Origin: a virus
Lineage: Duplodnaviria > Caudoviricetes
Virus record (IMG/VR): IMGVR_UViG_3300020045_002641
Coordinates: 1-40,699 of that record
Strand: one strand, 5' to 3'
DNA length: 40,699 nt
The translations under genes were made by a program, and so were the position numbers. This document shows positions 24,701 through 33,549 of the stretch, piece after piece. The notes under the pieces were generated by a model that saw only the letters and a list, made by a program, of their open reading frames with translations, was not told the origin of the DNA and searched no databases. The stretch's first letter is position 1; each line of letters begins with the position of its first letter.

Positions 24701-25715
24701 CTATTATACCGCCAGTTAGGGCGATACTTTTAAGCACTTGTTCTTTTAGAGCCGGATCAGTCAGTCTAGACGCGCCTGCTTCGTCTATAATGCTTTGTGC
24801 GGCTGAAACAGCAGCTGTAGCTGAAGCTTGCGCTTCAGTGTCCGCGGCTAACTTCTCCGCCAGCGGTTTCCCTTCCGTCGGCACCACCGTCTTTTCCTGC
24901 GTCGGCGTCCGCTGTGCCGTCTCGAGATCAAGCGGCTTCCCGTCTGCCCCCAGGAATCCACTCTTTTTCAGGGTCTTGAGCTGCGCTACTTCCTTCGCCG
25001 CCACGGCTTCAGCGTTGGTTCCGAGGATCGTCGCTGCGTCAAGGGTAGCTCCGCCAGCTGCTGCAGCGCCTTGTGGTGTGTCGGCGACAGTGCGACTTGC
25101 GTTTAGTTCCGCCGCGTTCTTGTACGCCAGTGGCGACAGCGCATCCGGCGGTTGCTCCACTAGCTTCTTCGCGATAGCTCGTCCGCCTGCCGTGGCCATG
25201 CGTCCGCCAAGCCCTGCCATCGCAGCGCCGACGACTGATTGCGTGTCTGCAGCGGGGATACCTGTGGCTGATTCAATACCTGTCGAAGCCTTCTCAATCC
25301 CGGCTCCGAGCATTTCGCTGAACCCCGACTCCGGCAGTGGATTCTCAACCCCCGCGACCTGTGCTGTACCAGCTACAGCCCCACGCAGAGGTTGCGCCCA
25401 GGGCATACCGCCCAGGTTCTGCATCTTTTGGCTGTATTCCTGCCCCAGTGCGCGGCCGTCTTCGCCGGTGACCATACCCTGTACCCGCCCAGCAATGTCT
25501 CCGGCTACGCCAGCCACTACGCCAGGCGCGCCGAGCGCCATGTCAGCCAGTCCAACCGCCTCGCTAGCCATGCCCTTGGCAATCTTTCCCCCAAGCTCCC
25601 TGACAAATCCGCCGATACTCGGCTTCTGCACATACCCCTGCGCCGCCGCGAAGTCTTCCAGCGACATCCGTGGTGCTGCCTGTGACGCTGCGAACTCTTC
25701 CAGTGTCATAGCCAT
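21774..25715 (-). CDS. Large internal virion/DNA ejection (polyvalent) protein with an ADP-ribosyltransferase-like domain
   Basis: 1313 aa, Ala/Gly-rich, last of three ejection genes; ART-PolyVal-like YHG...GLYLT...A..Y...VYPAYV.I.NP...GYDGI...E.VAF.P.Q.KSA. Confidence 0.82.
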   Translation of the reverse strand: MAMTLEEFAASQAAPRMSLEDFAAAQGYVQKPSIGGFVRELGGKIAKGMASEAVGLADMALGAPGVVAGVAGDIAGRVQGMVTGEDGRALGQEYSQKMQNLGGMPWAQPLRGAVAGTAQVAGVENPLPESGFSEMLGAGIEKASTGIESATGIPAADTQSVVGAAMAGLGGRMATAGGRAIAKKLVEQPPDALSPLAYKNAAELNASRTVADTPQGAAAAGGATLDAATILGTNAEAVAAKEVAQLKTLKKSGFLGADGKPLDLETAQRTPTQEKTVVPTEGKPLAEKLAADTEAQASATAAVSAAQSIIDEAGASRLTDPALKEQVLKSIALTGGIIALQQLDPSLTDNAAMLGGAALATKGVIHPKLFTEIFKSFNESVVVDAAGTLKPLYHGGVGLADGMPSKGYGLYADGLYLTENITRANQYGRAGAVYPAYVNIRNPMTAEAYAERFGRGTISRAESKARTALLLSEGYDGIIDNINGKTWEAVAFKPETQVKSAISGITPKEQTLATDEILRKKTAEFNKYEQGAADPELLGKLAAAGTGAAIGYSMAEDNKIGGTLAGAFLGGLAPRYGKAAGHAVLDATRIALSGHPIEGMKQLIPGPISAATADDTRFRIKKEMDTAEISIRRDALERSRLSNNIIDTVPDAARRAAIAHAIEGQPGIALTAKELSAAKDVMAFFEGIGKRGIDAGVIKELLPNYVTHVYGKAAVPIIEEWMQVRQQGATTSLYGKTRVGPPTIAQVNQIMAAKGLPPIMTDIAEIIEQYGSSLSKAVANRELINTLKQRTVKVQNGAFTADIPLIQTTATAPHNYQAFGKQGLSAHPDIIPALKFAFEANSAPAVMRAIEAINTAGKRSAVSLSLFHAKNIVDAMAGAAKLQPGTIAKGAAIGAAGGAVLGEDPILYAQIGAGLAMAYPGFKIGVQAALPKVFGENPYVKALRKNDPAMAKLIDMSIQGGLEYSLKSGPLAVTEVGQDFYSGLKWLQQQVDATVPGAGKGVEAVAKLNHAVDGFMWERLHTGLKLQLFAEKYETLTLNNAKAHAADSRVPLLAEKVLAERAASFTNDIFGGLNWRRIAEEATTRWGRDLAASVYSPNGQRVMRLALFAPDWAISTVRAATKAAGRLTGETPGTNIKGLYKPETVADLHRQYLLRAGLYYGTVADGLTYAFTGEHLWDQKDWTYIPLGDGRKMQYSKHTMEPAHLVQHPAQFAINKLGQVPREITNQLMGTEYLSPRYNDKMRTITAGPAMQGSRLGHVAKTFSPIGAQQLAGGGVDAGVAGALGVPIYGRTPEDWANLKAAERERRAQDAAK

Positions 25716-25716
25716 G

Positions 25717-26796
25717 TCAGTTATTCCTTGGTTTGGTTTCTACTGTGTTGTCAGATCGCACCACATACACAGACTTACCATCCGGCGACACATGCCACTT
25801 GTCCTTTGGGGTCTTGAGCAAGTCAGCCGGTGCTGGCAGAGGACTCTCAGGCGCCCGCCCTAGAAACTTAGTCTGCGTTTCGGCTGTTTTGGCTTTGGTG
25901 TTGGCGATTTGGGCTTCGGTTTTTTCTGGCAAGGTGGCATTTTTTGTTTCCTCCCCTTTGGCTTTGATTGATTGCAGGATGGTTTGTTGCTTCTTCAGCT
26001 CAGTTTCCGCCTTGAGCTTCTCGACCTTGGCGGCTTGGTATTCGCTGGTGTTGCCGCCGACCTTGGCCTTGGCTTTAACCGTAGCATCAGCCAGACGCGT
26101 ACGGGCTTCGGCCAGACCCTTGTTAGCTTCAGCTACCATTTCCAGCATGACCATACGACGTTCGGTCAGGCCAAGCGTCTCTTCCCTTGCAGCCTGCTTA
26201 GAGCGCTCTTCCACAGTAGTAGCCCCCTGTGACATAACCTGCGCCATCTCTGGAAACCAGTCGCGTCCAGCGAACGGACTCGGCTGTCCGTACATCCCAG
26301 CGTAGATCATGTCCGCCTTGGCCTTACCTTCCGGTGTATCCCCGAACTGTTCGAGCATGCCGGAGTAATGCTGCGCCTGCGTAGCCCGCGCCTTGTGCTG
26401 GTTCGTCAGCATCTCGGTCTTGGTCTTGTCGTTCAGCATATCCGTGTGGACAAGTTCCATAGCGCTTTTCAGCCGAGCCGTTCCGGCCTTAACCGCGCCA
26501 TTCTCCACTAGATATTTCGCCAGCTCGAACTGTGTCGAAGGCATTGCGAGAGGAGACTGGCCAGATGCTGCCAGCCCTGGAGACCCTGCAGGCATACCGC
26601 CCGGCGGTGCCACAGGCGACTGCGCCATTTTTTGCTGATAGAACTGTCGGGTTAGGGCGTCCTCTTGCGCGGACTGGGCTAGGCGCTGCTCGGCTTCTTG
26701 CGCATGCGCGTACTGCAACCGCGCTAGACTCTGGTTGTGTTCGTTCTGGATGGCGGCTGTTATGCCTGCCCCAGCTCCGAATACCTCACTCATCAC
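25717..26796 (-). CDS. Internal virion/ejection protein
   Basis: Gln/Ala/Lys-rich helical protein between the pilot and large ejection genes. Confidence 0.7.
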   Translation of the reverse strand: MMSEVFGAGAGITAAIQNEHNQSLARLQYAHAQEAEQRLAQSAQEDALTRQFYQQKMAQSPVAPPGGMPAGSPGLAASGQSPLAMPSTQFELAKYLVENGAVKAGTARLKSAMELVHTDMLNDKTKTEMLTNQHKARATQAQHYSGMLEQFGDTPEGKAKADMIYAGMYGQPSPFAGRDWFPEMAQVMSQGATTVEERSKQAAREETLGLTERRMVMLEMVAEANKGLAEARTRLADATVKAKAKVGGNTSEYQAAKVEKLKAETELKKQQTILQSIKAKGEETKNATLPEKTEAQIANTKAKTAETQTKFLGRAPESPLPAPADLLKTPKDKWHVSPDGKSVYVVRSDNTVETKPRNN

Positions 26797-27857
26797 ATAC
26801 CCCCTGTGTACAGTGGGTTATACTGTTGCTGCGGCTGCGAGGCACCATAGGCGGCTTGGCCAAAGGCAGCTAGGCTATTACCAAGTTGCGCCGTACCAGC
26901 TCCGTACACGCCGCCTTGTGCCTGCAGCACTGACGGGCTCGCGGCGTTAAGCAGATTCTGCTGCTGCGTGTTGTAGTTGTTCATGGCATTCTGGTACGCC
27001 TGTCCGCCGTAGTTAGACAGTGCTGCCATCATATTGCCAGAGCCTTGGTATCCCTGCGCCGACATCTGCCGCTGTACTGCCTCTAGTCCGGCTTGATACC
27101 CCGGCATCTTCGTGATGTTCTGCGCAGTCGGCATCTGCAACAGATTGCCTGGCTGGAACTGCTGGTTCAGCGCAGCCAGGGCGGGAGAGCGCGCTTGTTG
27201 CTGCTGCATGGCTAGGTCTTGTTGCTGCTTGGCGGCCGACATACCCATAACACCACTGCCCAACTGAAGCAGATTAGCCGGCGATCCCCAACCCAGGCGA
27301 TTACCACCCTGTTGCATCATTTGCCGCCGCAGCAATTCCTGTTGCGTAAGCCCTTGCATCTGTCCCTGCGCCGCACCCGCCATGCCGATCGGCTGATCCA
27401 CGCTGCCCAGGTATCCGCCGGACTGTGACCACATGCTGCCCGTAGAATCGACGAAAGGTGTAGCCGCTGACGGCGCCGACATAGAAGCCCCCGCGTAACC
27501 AAGTCCCTGTGCGCCGGTGGAACCGAGCCAGGCTTCAGGCCCACTCGAGAACGTACCGCCACCGAGCAGGTCTACCGATGTACCAGCTCCCGCTGCACCA
27601 CCCGCACCACTTGCCTCGAAGCCTAGTGCCGACGTAGCGCTGTCCCACGTGGACCCGTAGTTAGCCAGATTCCCATTGTACGCGCCGCCCATGCCAGTAC
27701 CGAGCGAAGCAAGCTGCCCCCAGGTGCTGTTCAGCTGCTCCTGACTTCCCTGGCTGGTTAGGTGTTGCGTAATCAGTATAGAGCCGGGATAGTAATAGTT
27801 CAATACCTCGGCTGCAATACTCTCAAGTGAATCTCGAATCTTAGTCCAAGTGCTCAT
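26793..27857 (-). CDS. DNA transfer/pilot protein
   Basis: Gly/Gln-rich; PGYQ.GL.AV.R..SA.G..GSGN...AL..YG motif. Confidence 0.75.
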   Translation of the reverse strand: MSTWTKIRDSLESIAAEVLNYYYPGSILITQHLTSQGSQEQLNSTWGQLASLGTGMGGAYNGNLANYGSTWDSATSALGFEASGAGGAAGAGTSVDLLGGGTFSSGPEAWLGSTGAQGLGYAGASMSAPSAATPFVDSTGSMWSQSGGYLGSVDQPIGMAGAAQGQMQGLTQQELLRRQMMQQGGNRLGWGSPANLLQLGSGVMGMSAAKQQQDLAMQQQQARSPALAALNQQFQPGNLLQMPTAQNITKMPGYQAGLEAVQRQMSAQGYQGSGNMMAALSNYGGQAYQNAMNNYNTQQQNLLNAASPSVLQAQGGVYGAGTAQLGNSLAAFGQAAYGASQPQQQYNPLYTGGM

Positions 27858-27870
27858 GCTATACCCTCTC

Positions 27871-28947
27871 TTACAAACGACGAATGTCTAAACCGTCAGA
27901 ATAGAAATGACCCAAGTCGCCGGGGGCTATACTTGGAAGTGCTGTTGTGGTGAGACTGCCTTCAGGTTTCAATGCTATGCTACGACCACCTGTTGTTTTG
28001 TTGCCGATGAACCAATGCGCAGGGCTGTTTGGAATCTGCACTTCCATCGCGGAAGATAGCGCCCCGGTAAAATAGATAGTGTTATAATCAGCCTGAGCTT
28101 GTGTCAGATGCGTGAGCGATACAGAAGGACTCAGCTCAATGTCTATTTGCGTTATCGCAGAGGCTGCGCCTGCAGCTCCAATAGCTGACGTCACACGCGA
28201 TCCGTCGCAGTAATAATACCCCTGCACGCCGGTGTTTATGGTGACTTCGGTCCCAGGGATCAACTCCCCGTACTCATCTTGCAAACCAACCTTCACCGGA
28301 AACATCCCAGTGTTGCTGTTGCGGATGTTCCAGAGAGCCTTGCGAGGTGGTACGAAAAACACACGCTGCGTTTCGAACGATCCGGTCAGCTCGATGAAGT
28401 TAGTCTCGGCGAGTGAATGCGACCAGATTGAAGCACCGCTGTCCAGAATGATCTTCGCGGCGGTCAGTGCGGTAGCTGCCAGGTTAGCGTTAACCGCAAG
28501 CGTGTCTACGTGAGGTAGGCCGCTGAGCTGTTGCCGCTGGATGTTGTGGTAGTGCCCGGTGAAGCCCTGGGGGATGCGGATAGTCTCGCCGGTGGCTGTA
28601 CCGAAAGTTATGTCGAAGTTACCTATCGTCCGGTTCAGCAGTAACCAATGCGCGAAGGTATCCGGCACGATCACGCGAACATCACCGAGTAGCTTCCCTC
28701 TGAATTCCAACACATTCGTGTTAGCCTGAGCTTCCGTAAGCGTATAGTCTTCCTTGGACAGCGTCAGCGTTGCTACTCGGATAGCGGTAGCGCCTGTCGG
28801 AAAATTAGCACCGATACCGTTAAGGTAGTCTGCTAGGTCTAGAAACCACTTCAGCCAGAGCGGGTTGAACCGCCCGGTCTTGGATTTCTGGTCTACAAGA
28901 ATTACCTCTGCGTAAGTTGGAGGCGGTTGGGTTAAACGCTTAACCAT
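27871..28947 (-). CDS. Tail-associated protein with three tandem beta-rich repeats
   Basis: N-terminal PPP...VD...G..N..W..WF..L anchor right after the gp10-like gene; three repeats. Confidence 0.7.
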   Translation of the reverse strand: MVKRLTQPPPTYAEVILVDQKSKTGRFNPLWLKWFLDLADYLNGIGANFPTGATAIRVATLTLSKEDYTLTEAQANTNVLEFRGKLLGDVRVIVPDTFAHWLLLNRTIGNFDITFGTATGETIRIPQGFTGHYHNIQRQQLSGLPHVDTLAVNANLAATALTAAKIILDSGASIWSHSLAETNFIELTGSFETQRVFFVPPRKALWNIRNSNTGMFPVKVGLQDEYGELIPGTEVTINTGVQGYYYCDGSRVTSAIGAAGAASAITQIDIELSPSVSLTHLTQAQADYNTIYFTGALSSAMEVQIPNSPAHWFIGNKTTGGRSIALKPEGSLTTTALPSIAPGDLGHFYSDGLDIRRL

Positions 28948-30356
28948 TATAGCGTACCCAGGTCGAGTTGCAGTTCCACCGCCTTCATGCGGAACTTCGT
29001 CGGAGAAGCATGGCGAAAGTGGTAGGCACGGCGAATGAAGCTACCATTGTTGGTAAGCATAGGGCGCTTGTTGCCGAGATTTACCTGACGATACGACGAC
29101 CAACCAGTCTCGGAGTAATCAGTATCGTTGTACTGGACGGATAGCGTACTGCCTGGCGTCTGGTCAGCGACAAAGAACATCGAGTTAAGCGTTTTCCGAC
29201 GTAGTGTATCCGCATCCAGATTTGGCGTGTATATATCCACCACAATCGGCTGATCGAAATCCTCAACCAGGTTCGTAGCATACACATGGACCTGTCCTGC
29301 CGTCTCGTGCTGCCAGAGGTGCTGGCGGTCGCTGGTAGTCACCGCCGCTACATACGGAAGGTAGTTACCGTTAGCGTCAGTCCACTGACTCCACAGACGT
29401 TCCTTCACATCGAATGCTAGGGTTAGGTTGTTGTTCCTGAATGTAATGACGTAGAAGCTATGGCCGGCATCCTTGAATGCGAATGAAGCTACATTAGTAG
29501 TGTCGGCGTTGTGCAGTAATCGCTCCACCGCCTTCGTCGAAACAACCAAAGGCTTTGTCCCCTCGACCATCACTACTTGCAGTGTAGCGGACTTGGTGAG
29601 CGACACCCAGAACAAAACATCATCAATGTTCTGCACTAGTTCCGCCGAGGCGCAACCATAACTCATCTTCGCGCCTTGCACCGGCGCTAGAGGCGAACCC
29701 TGCGCATTACCAGCGTCGTAGAAGAATTCAGTAGACCACTTCTTCATCGCCACGGCGTAGACTAGTTGCTTGGCCAAGGCTACTCCGGCATCCGGTTCAA
29801 TTTGCGCCATGATGGAGTTCAGGGGATCCCAGGTACTTGGTTCATTCGACGCGCTTCCCTGGATGTGCGCATTAGGCAACATACAGTACGTCGTGCCATT
29901 CAGGTATGCCCAGCCTTTTACAAAAGGTTTCTGGAAATGCACACTCACAACTTCGTGCAGCATGCCGCCGAAGTAGCAATAGGCGTACAGTCCATTTCCC
30001 AGCAACAGAGTCTTGGTCTCTCCGAGCGTAGATGAGAAGTGATACATTCCGCCTGTCGGCTCGACTTCCCCGACGTACTCGTTATTCCTGTACAGCGTAT
30101 TGCCAAATATAGCGAACACATCGCCTTGCCAGACGTACAGCCCAAGTCCCGCCACTGCGGTTGGTCGGCTGAAGTCGGGGCCAGTAGCCAGTCCACCACG
30201 CTTGTAAACCCAGAACTCTTTCGTATCCCCGGCAGCGTGTGTTTCAAGGTAACAATTCACCAAGCGCGCGTCTGTGCCCGACTCGTCATCGCGGTTGTCG
30301 GCCTCAAGCGTAAGCGGCCAGCGCTTGGGTAATGCTGTTGCTGGTGACTGCGGCAT
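28947..30356 (-). CDS. Tail hub/packaged DNA stabilization protein (P22 gp10-like)
   Basis: RLVNCY; S...P..WDPL....A..EPD; STEF.Y.AG; F...GHSFYV.TF....TL.FD.....W. Confidence 0.82.
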   Translation of the reverse strand: MPQSPATALPKRWPLTLEADNRDDESGTDARLVNCYLETHAAGDTKEFWVYKRGGLATGPDFSRPTAVAGLGLYVWQGDVFAIFGNTLYRNNEYVGEVEPTGGMYHFSSTLGETKTLLLGNGLYAYCYFGGMLHEVVSVHFQKPFVKGWAYLNGTTYCMLPNAHIQGSASNEPSTWDPLNSIMAQIEPDAGVALAKQLVYAVAMKKWSTEFFYDAGNAQGSPLAPVQGAKMSYGCASAELVQNIDDVLFWVSLTKSATLQVVMVEGTKPLVVSTKAVERLLHNADTTNVASFAFKDAGHSFYVITFRNNNLTLAFDVKERLWSQWTDANGNYLPYVAAVTTSDRQHLWQHETAGQVHVYATNLVEDFDQPIVVDIYTPNLDADTLRRKTLNSMFFVADQTPGSTLSVQYNDTDYSETGWSSYRQVNLGNKRPMLTNNGSFIRRAYHFRHASPTKFRMKAVELQLDLGTL

Positions 30357-30364
30357 TGCGCCTC

Positions 30365-30571
30365 CTACAGTTTTATGTTATGGTTGCCCATCAGCCACGC
30401 AACCATCGCCATACCAATCGACCCAACCACCCATAAAACTTTCTTAACAATACTCCGTCCGATGTCAGTGTAGATTGATTCAAGTAATTGCTCCTTGATT
30501 TCATTTAGCTCTTCCTCGGTAAGAGGGCAGTGCGCTGGTCGCGGACACTGTGCTACTTTGGATTCCGGCAT
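30365..30571 (-). CDS. Small membrane protein
   Basis: IYTDIGRSIVKKVLWVVG... single transmembrane segment. Confidence 0.7.
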   Translation of the reverse strand: MPESKVAQCPRPAHCPLTEEELNEIKEQLLESIYTDIGRSIVKKVLWVVGSIGMAMVAWLMGNHNIKL

Positions 30572-30574
30572 AGA

Positions 30575-31285
30575 TCACCTGAAGGTACTCGACGCATACT
30601 GCATCCGGGCATCGGGTTGGAATTGTGTGGATGGATCTTCCACATCCCAGTCTTCCAGCGCCATTCTGTATATCTCGGCTTTTTGCTGGCAGCGGAGCAT
30701 TATGGTCTCGGGCTGGCCTGAGGCGAGCTGATCGGCGAGAGCCCAGACCAGGTACATCCGCCATTCATCAGGGAAACTTGTCGCGCTGGTAAGGTCAAGC
30801 GGTGCGGTGATGGATAGTTGTAGTAATAGGTATACGGTGCCGGCTGCCGTGAGTACATCAGGCGCCGGCCAAAACGATACGGTTAGCTGCGTAGCTTGCT
30901 TATCGACGAAGTATGCATTGATCGCGCTCTGGTGCGTGACCTGCGCCAAGCGGTTATACTCATCCCAGGACAGCGGATTGAGTGGTCGCCGAATGCCCTG
31001 GGTGTTCTCGTAGAATGCCGAGATAACCCGCTTCGGTTTGTCCATCTCGTAGTTGCCGCCAGGTCCGAGTGTGTACGTCGTTTGCCCTGGGGTCAAGCGG
31101 ATGGGGAAATTCTGGTTTAGGAAAAGTTTCAGCCCCTGCGTCTGCTCGAAGCGGACAAGGTCACGTAGCTTACGCAAATAGCGAGATTGCTGGTCAGCAG
31201 TCGGCGTGTCGCCATCGCCCAAAAGGCCGGCGGCTTCCATTGCATCAGCAATTATAACTGCGGGGGTATTGTCGGAATCAGCCAT
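30575..31285 (-). CDS. Head-to-tail adaptor (P22 gp4-like)
   Basis: II.DA...G.L..G.TPT.D.....L..L; YTLGPGG; WP.PD; FP.EW...L.W.LA. Confidence 0.8.
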   Translation of the reverse strand: MADSDNTPAVIIADAMEAAGLLGDGDTPTADQQSRYLRKLRDLVRFEQTQGLKLFLNQNFPIRLTPGQTTYTLGPGGNYEMDKPKRVISAFYENTQGIRRPLNPLSWDEYNRLAQVTHQSAINAYFVDKQATQLTVSFWPAPDVLTAAGTVYLLLQLSITAPLDLTSATSFPDEWRMYLVWALADQLASGQPETIMLRCQQKAEIYRMALEDWDVEDPSTQFQPDARMQYASSTFR

Positions 31286-31358
31286 GATCGGGCATCTTTA
31301 TAAGATTGCTGGAAGGTGGATCATGGTCTGCTGGGGTATAGTGCCCAGAACACAACCC

Positions 31359-31388
31359 ATTCTAACACAGCAAGAATACGCTAGTCAA
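31359..31388 (-). promoter_or_regulatory. sigma70-like promoter for tail genes
   Basis: TTGACT-18-TAGAAT with extended -10 TG. Confidence 0.6.
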
Positions 31389-31412
31389 GTATAATTTGAG
31401 TGGATACTTATG

Positions 31413-31458
31413 AAAATGGCGCTACGTAATGTATTATAAAATACACCACGTAACGCCA
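31413..31458 (-). terminator. Long hairpin + U tract after the capsid gene, containing copy 2 of the 30-nt palindrome (31423-31452)
   Basis: Minus-strand RNA UGGCGUUACGUGGUGUAUU uuau AAUACAUUACGUAGCGCCA UUUU, fully paired with G-U. Confidence 0.65.
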
Positions 31459-31477
31459 CAAATCACACTAACCTACC

Positions 31478-32395
31478 TTACGGCCCATTGCTGCCGTACA
31501 CACCGCGCGGGTCAGTGCAACCCAGCGAGAACCGCATATACGTCGCGGCCTTGGCGTTCTTGGTATCGAAGTCGTTGTCCATATCGAACGTCGGCTCGTC
31601 GCGCCAGAAGAACGTCATACCATTCGGCGCGTTGGTACGGATGAACCAAGCGTGTGCACTGGTGAAATAGTGATTCAGCTTGATGCCGTCCGGGAACGCA
31701 TTCGTCGCCTTCAGAACGTTGATGTTGTTCAACGCAGTGCCGGACTGCAGCACGCTCTTCAGGATGCGATTGGCGTTATACCATTCCTGGCGCCCGATGT
31801 GCAGGGAGCGCGGCATGATATTTATGAGGTTGCCACGGTCGTTCTGGGCACCCATGATCTGGATGCTCAGGTCTTCCAGGGCCGTCTCGGACAGATCAGC
31901 CGCCGGCGACAGGGCGTTGCTGAACGTACCGCCGGTGGTATTAGCGTGCGAAGTGGAGCAGAGAGCTGCACCGTCCGCAGTCGTGTAATACGTCGTGGCG
32001 AAAGCGTTGTTGTACAGGAACGCTGCAGCATTCTCGACTGTCTGGTTGATCGAGAAAGCGTTGGCCTGTGCACGACGCGTAGCGACTTCTTTGTACTGGT
32101 TGTCGCGTAGCTCCTCATACGTCACGATGTAGCCGAGAGCGTAAGCCAGCGGAACATACGTGGTAGTCGGGCCTTGCACTTCGGAGTCATACGACACCGG
32201 GGCGCCTTGAGCCTTGACCGGAGCCAGGCCGAACGGCGTGACCTGCACGTCAATCTCGTACGCCTTGTCGGAATACTTGATGTCGTACAGATCCGTGTAT
32301 TCCTTCTCGTGCTCCGAATAGACCTGGCCCCAGGTATCATTAATACCAGGCCAAAGAAGACGGGGATGGGAACCTGTGTTAATTACACCGGGCAT
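31478..32395 (-). CDS. Major capsid protein
   Basis: LWPG...; S.KAYE; FGLAPVK..G; ALG..VT.E...DN.Y; DG..L.S..H; AWF..T; R.S.G.TDPRG.YGS.G. Confidence 0.9.
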   Translation of the reverse strand: MPGVINTGSHPRLLWPGINDTWGQVYSEHEKEYTDLYDIKYSDKAYEIDVQVTPFGLAPVKAQGAPVSYDSEVQGPTTTYVPLAYALGYIVTYEELRDNQYKEVATRRAQANAFSINQTVENAAAFLYNNAFATTYYTTADGAALCSTSHANTTGGTFSNALSPAADLSETALEDLSIQIMGAQNDRGNLINIMPRSLHIGRQEWYNANRILKSVLQSGTALNNINVLKATNAFPDGIKLNHYFTSAHAWFIRTNAPNGMTFFWRDEPTFDMDNDFDTKNAKAATYMRFSLGCTDPRGVYGSNGP

Positions 32396-32407
32396 GATGT
32401 GACCTCC

Positions 32408-33007
32408 TTATACGCCAGCGCTGTTAGGCGCGAGCTGGTGAGTGTTGATTTTGACTAGCCACTTGGCGTACTGCCCGATGGCGTTGTCTTGGCGGCGGGC
32501 CAGCCCTAGCACGCGACACTGGAACGTAGCGGTTACGGCCTTGCTGGCGTTGTCAAGCTGCCAGCTGGACATATAACCGTTGTTGCCAGAACCGGCGTTC
32601 AGGTTAACGTTGATACCGACGTCGGCTGCGGCGAGAGGCGTGCCTGTGCCGATGTCTTGGACTTCGAATACCACGTTAGGATCATCGACGACCAGAGCGT
32701 ACCAGGCGGCTGCATCGCTGGCCGGGCGGATGGTGGAGTCCAGGTTGGACGGATTGAAGATGCCGCCTTCGTATTTGCCCAGGCCGACTATAACACCGAC
32801 GATGGGGTTGGAAGTTCCAGCGGTGGCGATAGTAATGCCGGGCACACCGTCTGCGTTAGCAGTACCGGACATGACGACAGGATCGCCGATAGCCAAGGCG
32901 GTAGCATAGCTAGCCGCGATGCTGTAGATGTTTGCCGCGCCGTTCCAAGGAGCACCATTGAGGTACTTAACAGGGGACAGACCCGACGGCTTGTTGACGT
33001 TGGCCAT
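32408..33007 (-). CDS. Capsid decoration/minor head protein
   Basis: MAN...P.GL.PV; GDPV; V.DDP..VFEVQ; V.IN.H; directly upstream of the capsid gene. Confidence 0.75.
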   Translation of the reverse strand: MANVNKPSGLSPVKYLNGAPWNGAANIYSIAASYATALAIGDPVVMSGTANADGVPGITIATAGTSNPIVGVIVGLGKYEGGIFNPSNLDSTIRPASDAAAWYALVVDDPNVVFEVQDIGTGTPLAAADVGINVNLNAGSGNNGYMSSWQLDNASKAVTATFQCRVLGLARRQDNAIGQYAKWLVKINTHQLAPNSAGV

Positions 33008-33024
33008 TTAAGGCTCCTTTCAAA

Positions 33025-33549
33025 TTAGCGTTTAGGGGTGAAGAGATTTGTCGAACTACGACGCTGGTCCACGTAGCGCTGACTCGGATCGCCTGGCATC
33101 CCGGATTGATTCCCGATAGTGCCGGAGTCGAAGCCACCGCGCAGACTAGCTGCAACTTTTTCATTTGCCTGTGCTGTGATTGCCATATCTTCTTCGTGTA
33201 ACTCTTGCCTGATCTTCATGAGGATCAGGCGGGTCGGTTGCCCGTCAAATCCTATTTCGTCACCTGCTATGACGCTAACTCTGCTACCCATGTCGGTGTT
33301 GCCTGATGCTGCACTGTCTGATCCCAGCGCAACCGCATTGGTCTGCGTCTCTTGCTCGTCGACAAATTCGTAGCCGGCTTGCAGAGCCCGCTGAATTCGC
33401 GCGGCATCGCCACGGAACCAGTACAGATGATACCCAGGGATTTCTGGAACTTCCAGTCGTTGGACCGGAACACTCATCGGGATACGCTTACGCTCGGCGG
33501 CAGTACGGCCGGCGGTGTTAGCGGGGTTTGCCTTTAACTTTTCCATCAT
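33025..33549 (-). CDS. Conserved head-module hypothetical protein
   Basis: PGY..YW......RI..AL.AGYEFV...LMKI..E..EED. Confidence 0.75.
   Translation of the reverse strand: MMEKLKANPANTAGRTAAERKRIPMSVPVQRLEVPEIPGYHLYWFRGDAARIQRALQAGYEFVDEQETQTNAVALGSDSAASGNTDMGSRVSVIAGDEIGFDGQPTRLILMKIRQELHEEDMAITAQANEKVAASLRGGFDSGTIGNQSGMPGDPSQRYVDQRRSSTNLFTPKR

Noticed and set aside
24604-25863. 419-aa + strand ORF and the many other antisense ORFs in the track
   Set aside because: Shadow frames of GC-rich real genes; no RBS or motifs
31418-31452. dif or loxP site
   Set aside because: Only the TAATGTAT core resembles them; arms and spacer geometry do not match, and no tyrosine recombinase gene is seen
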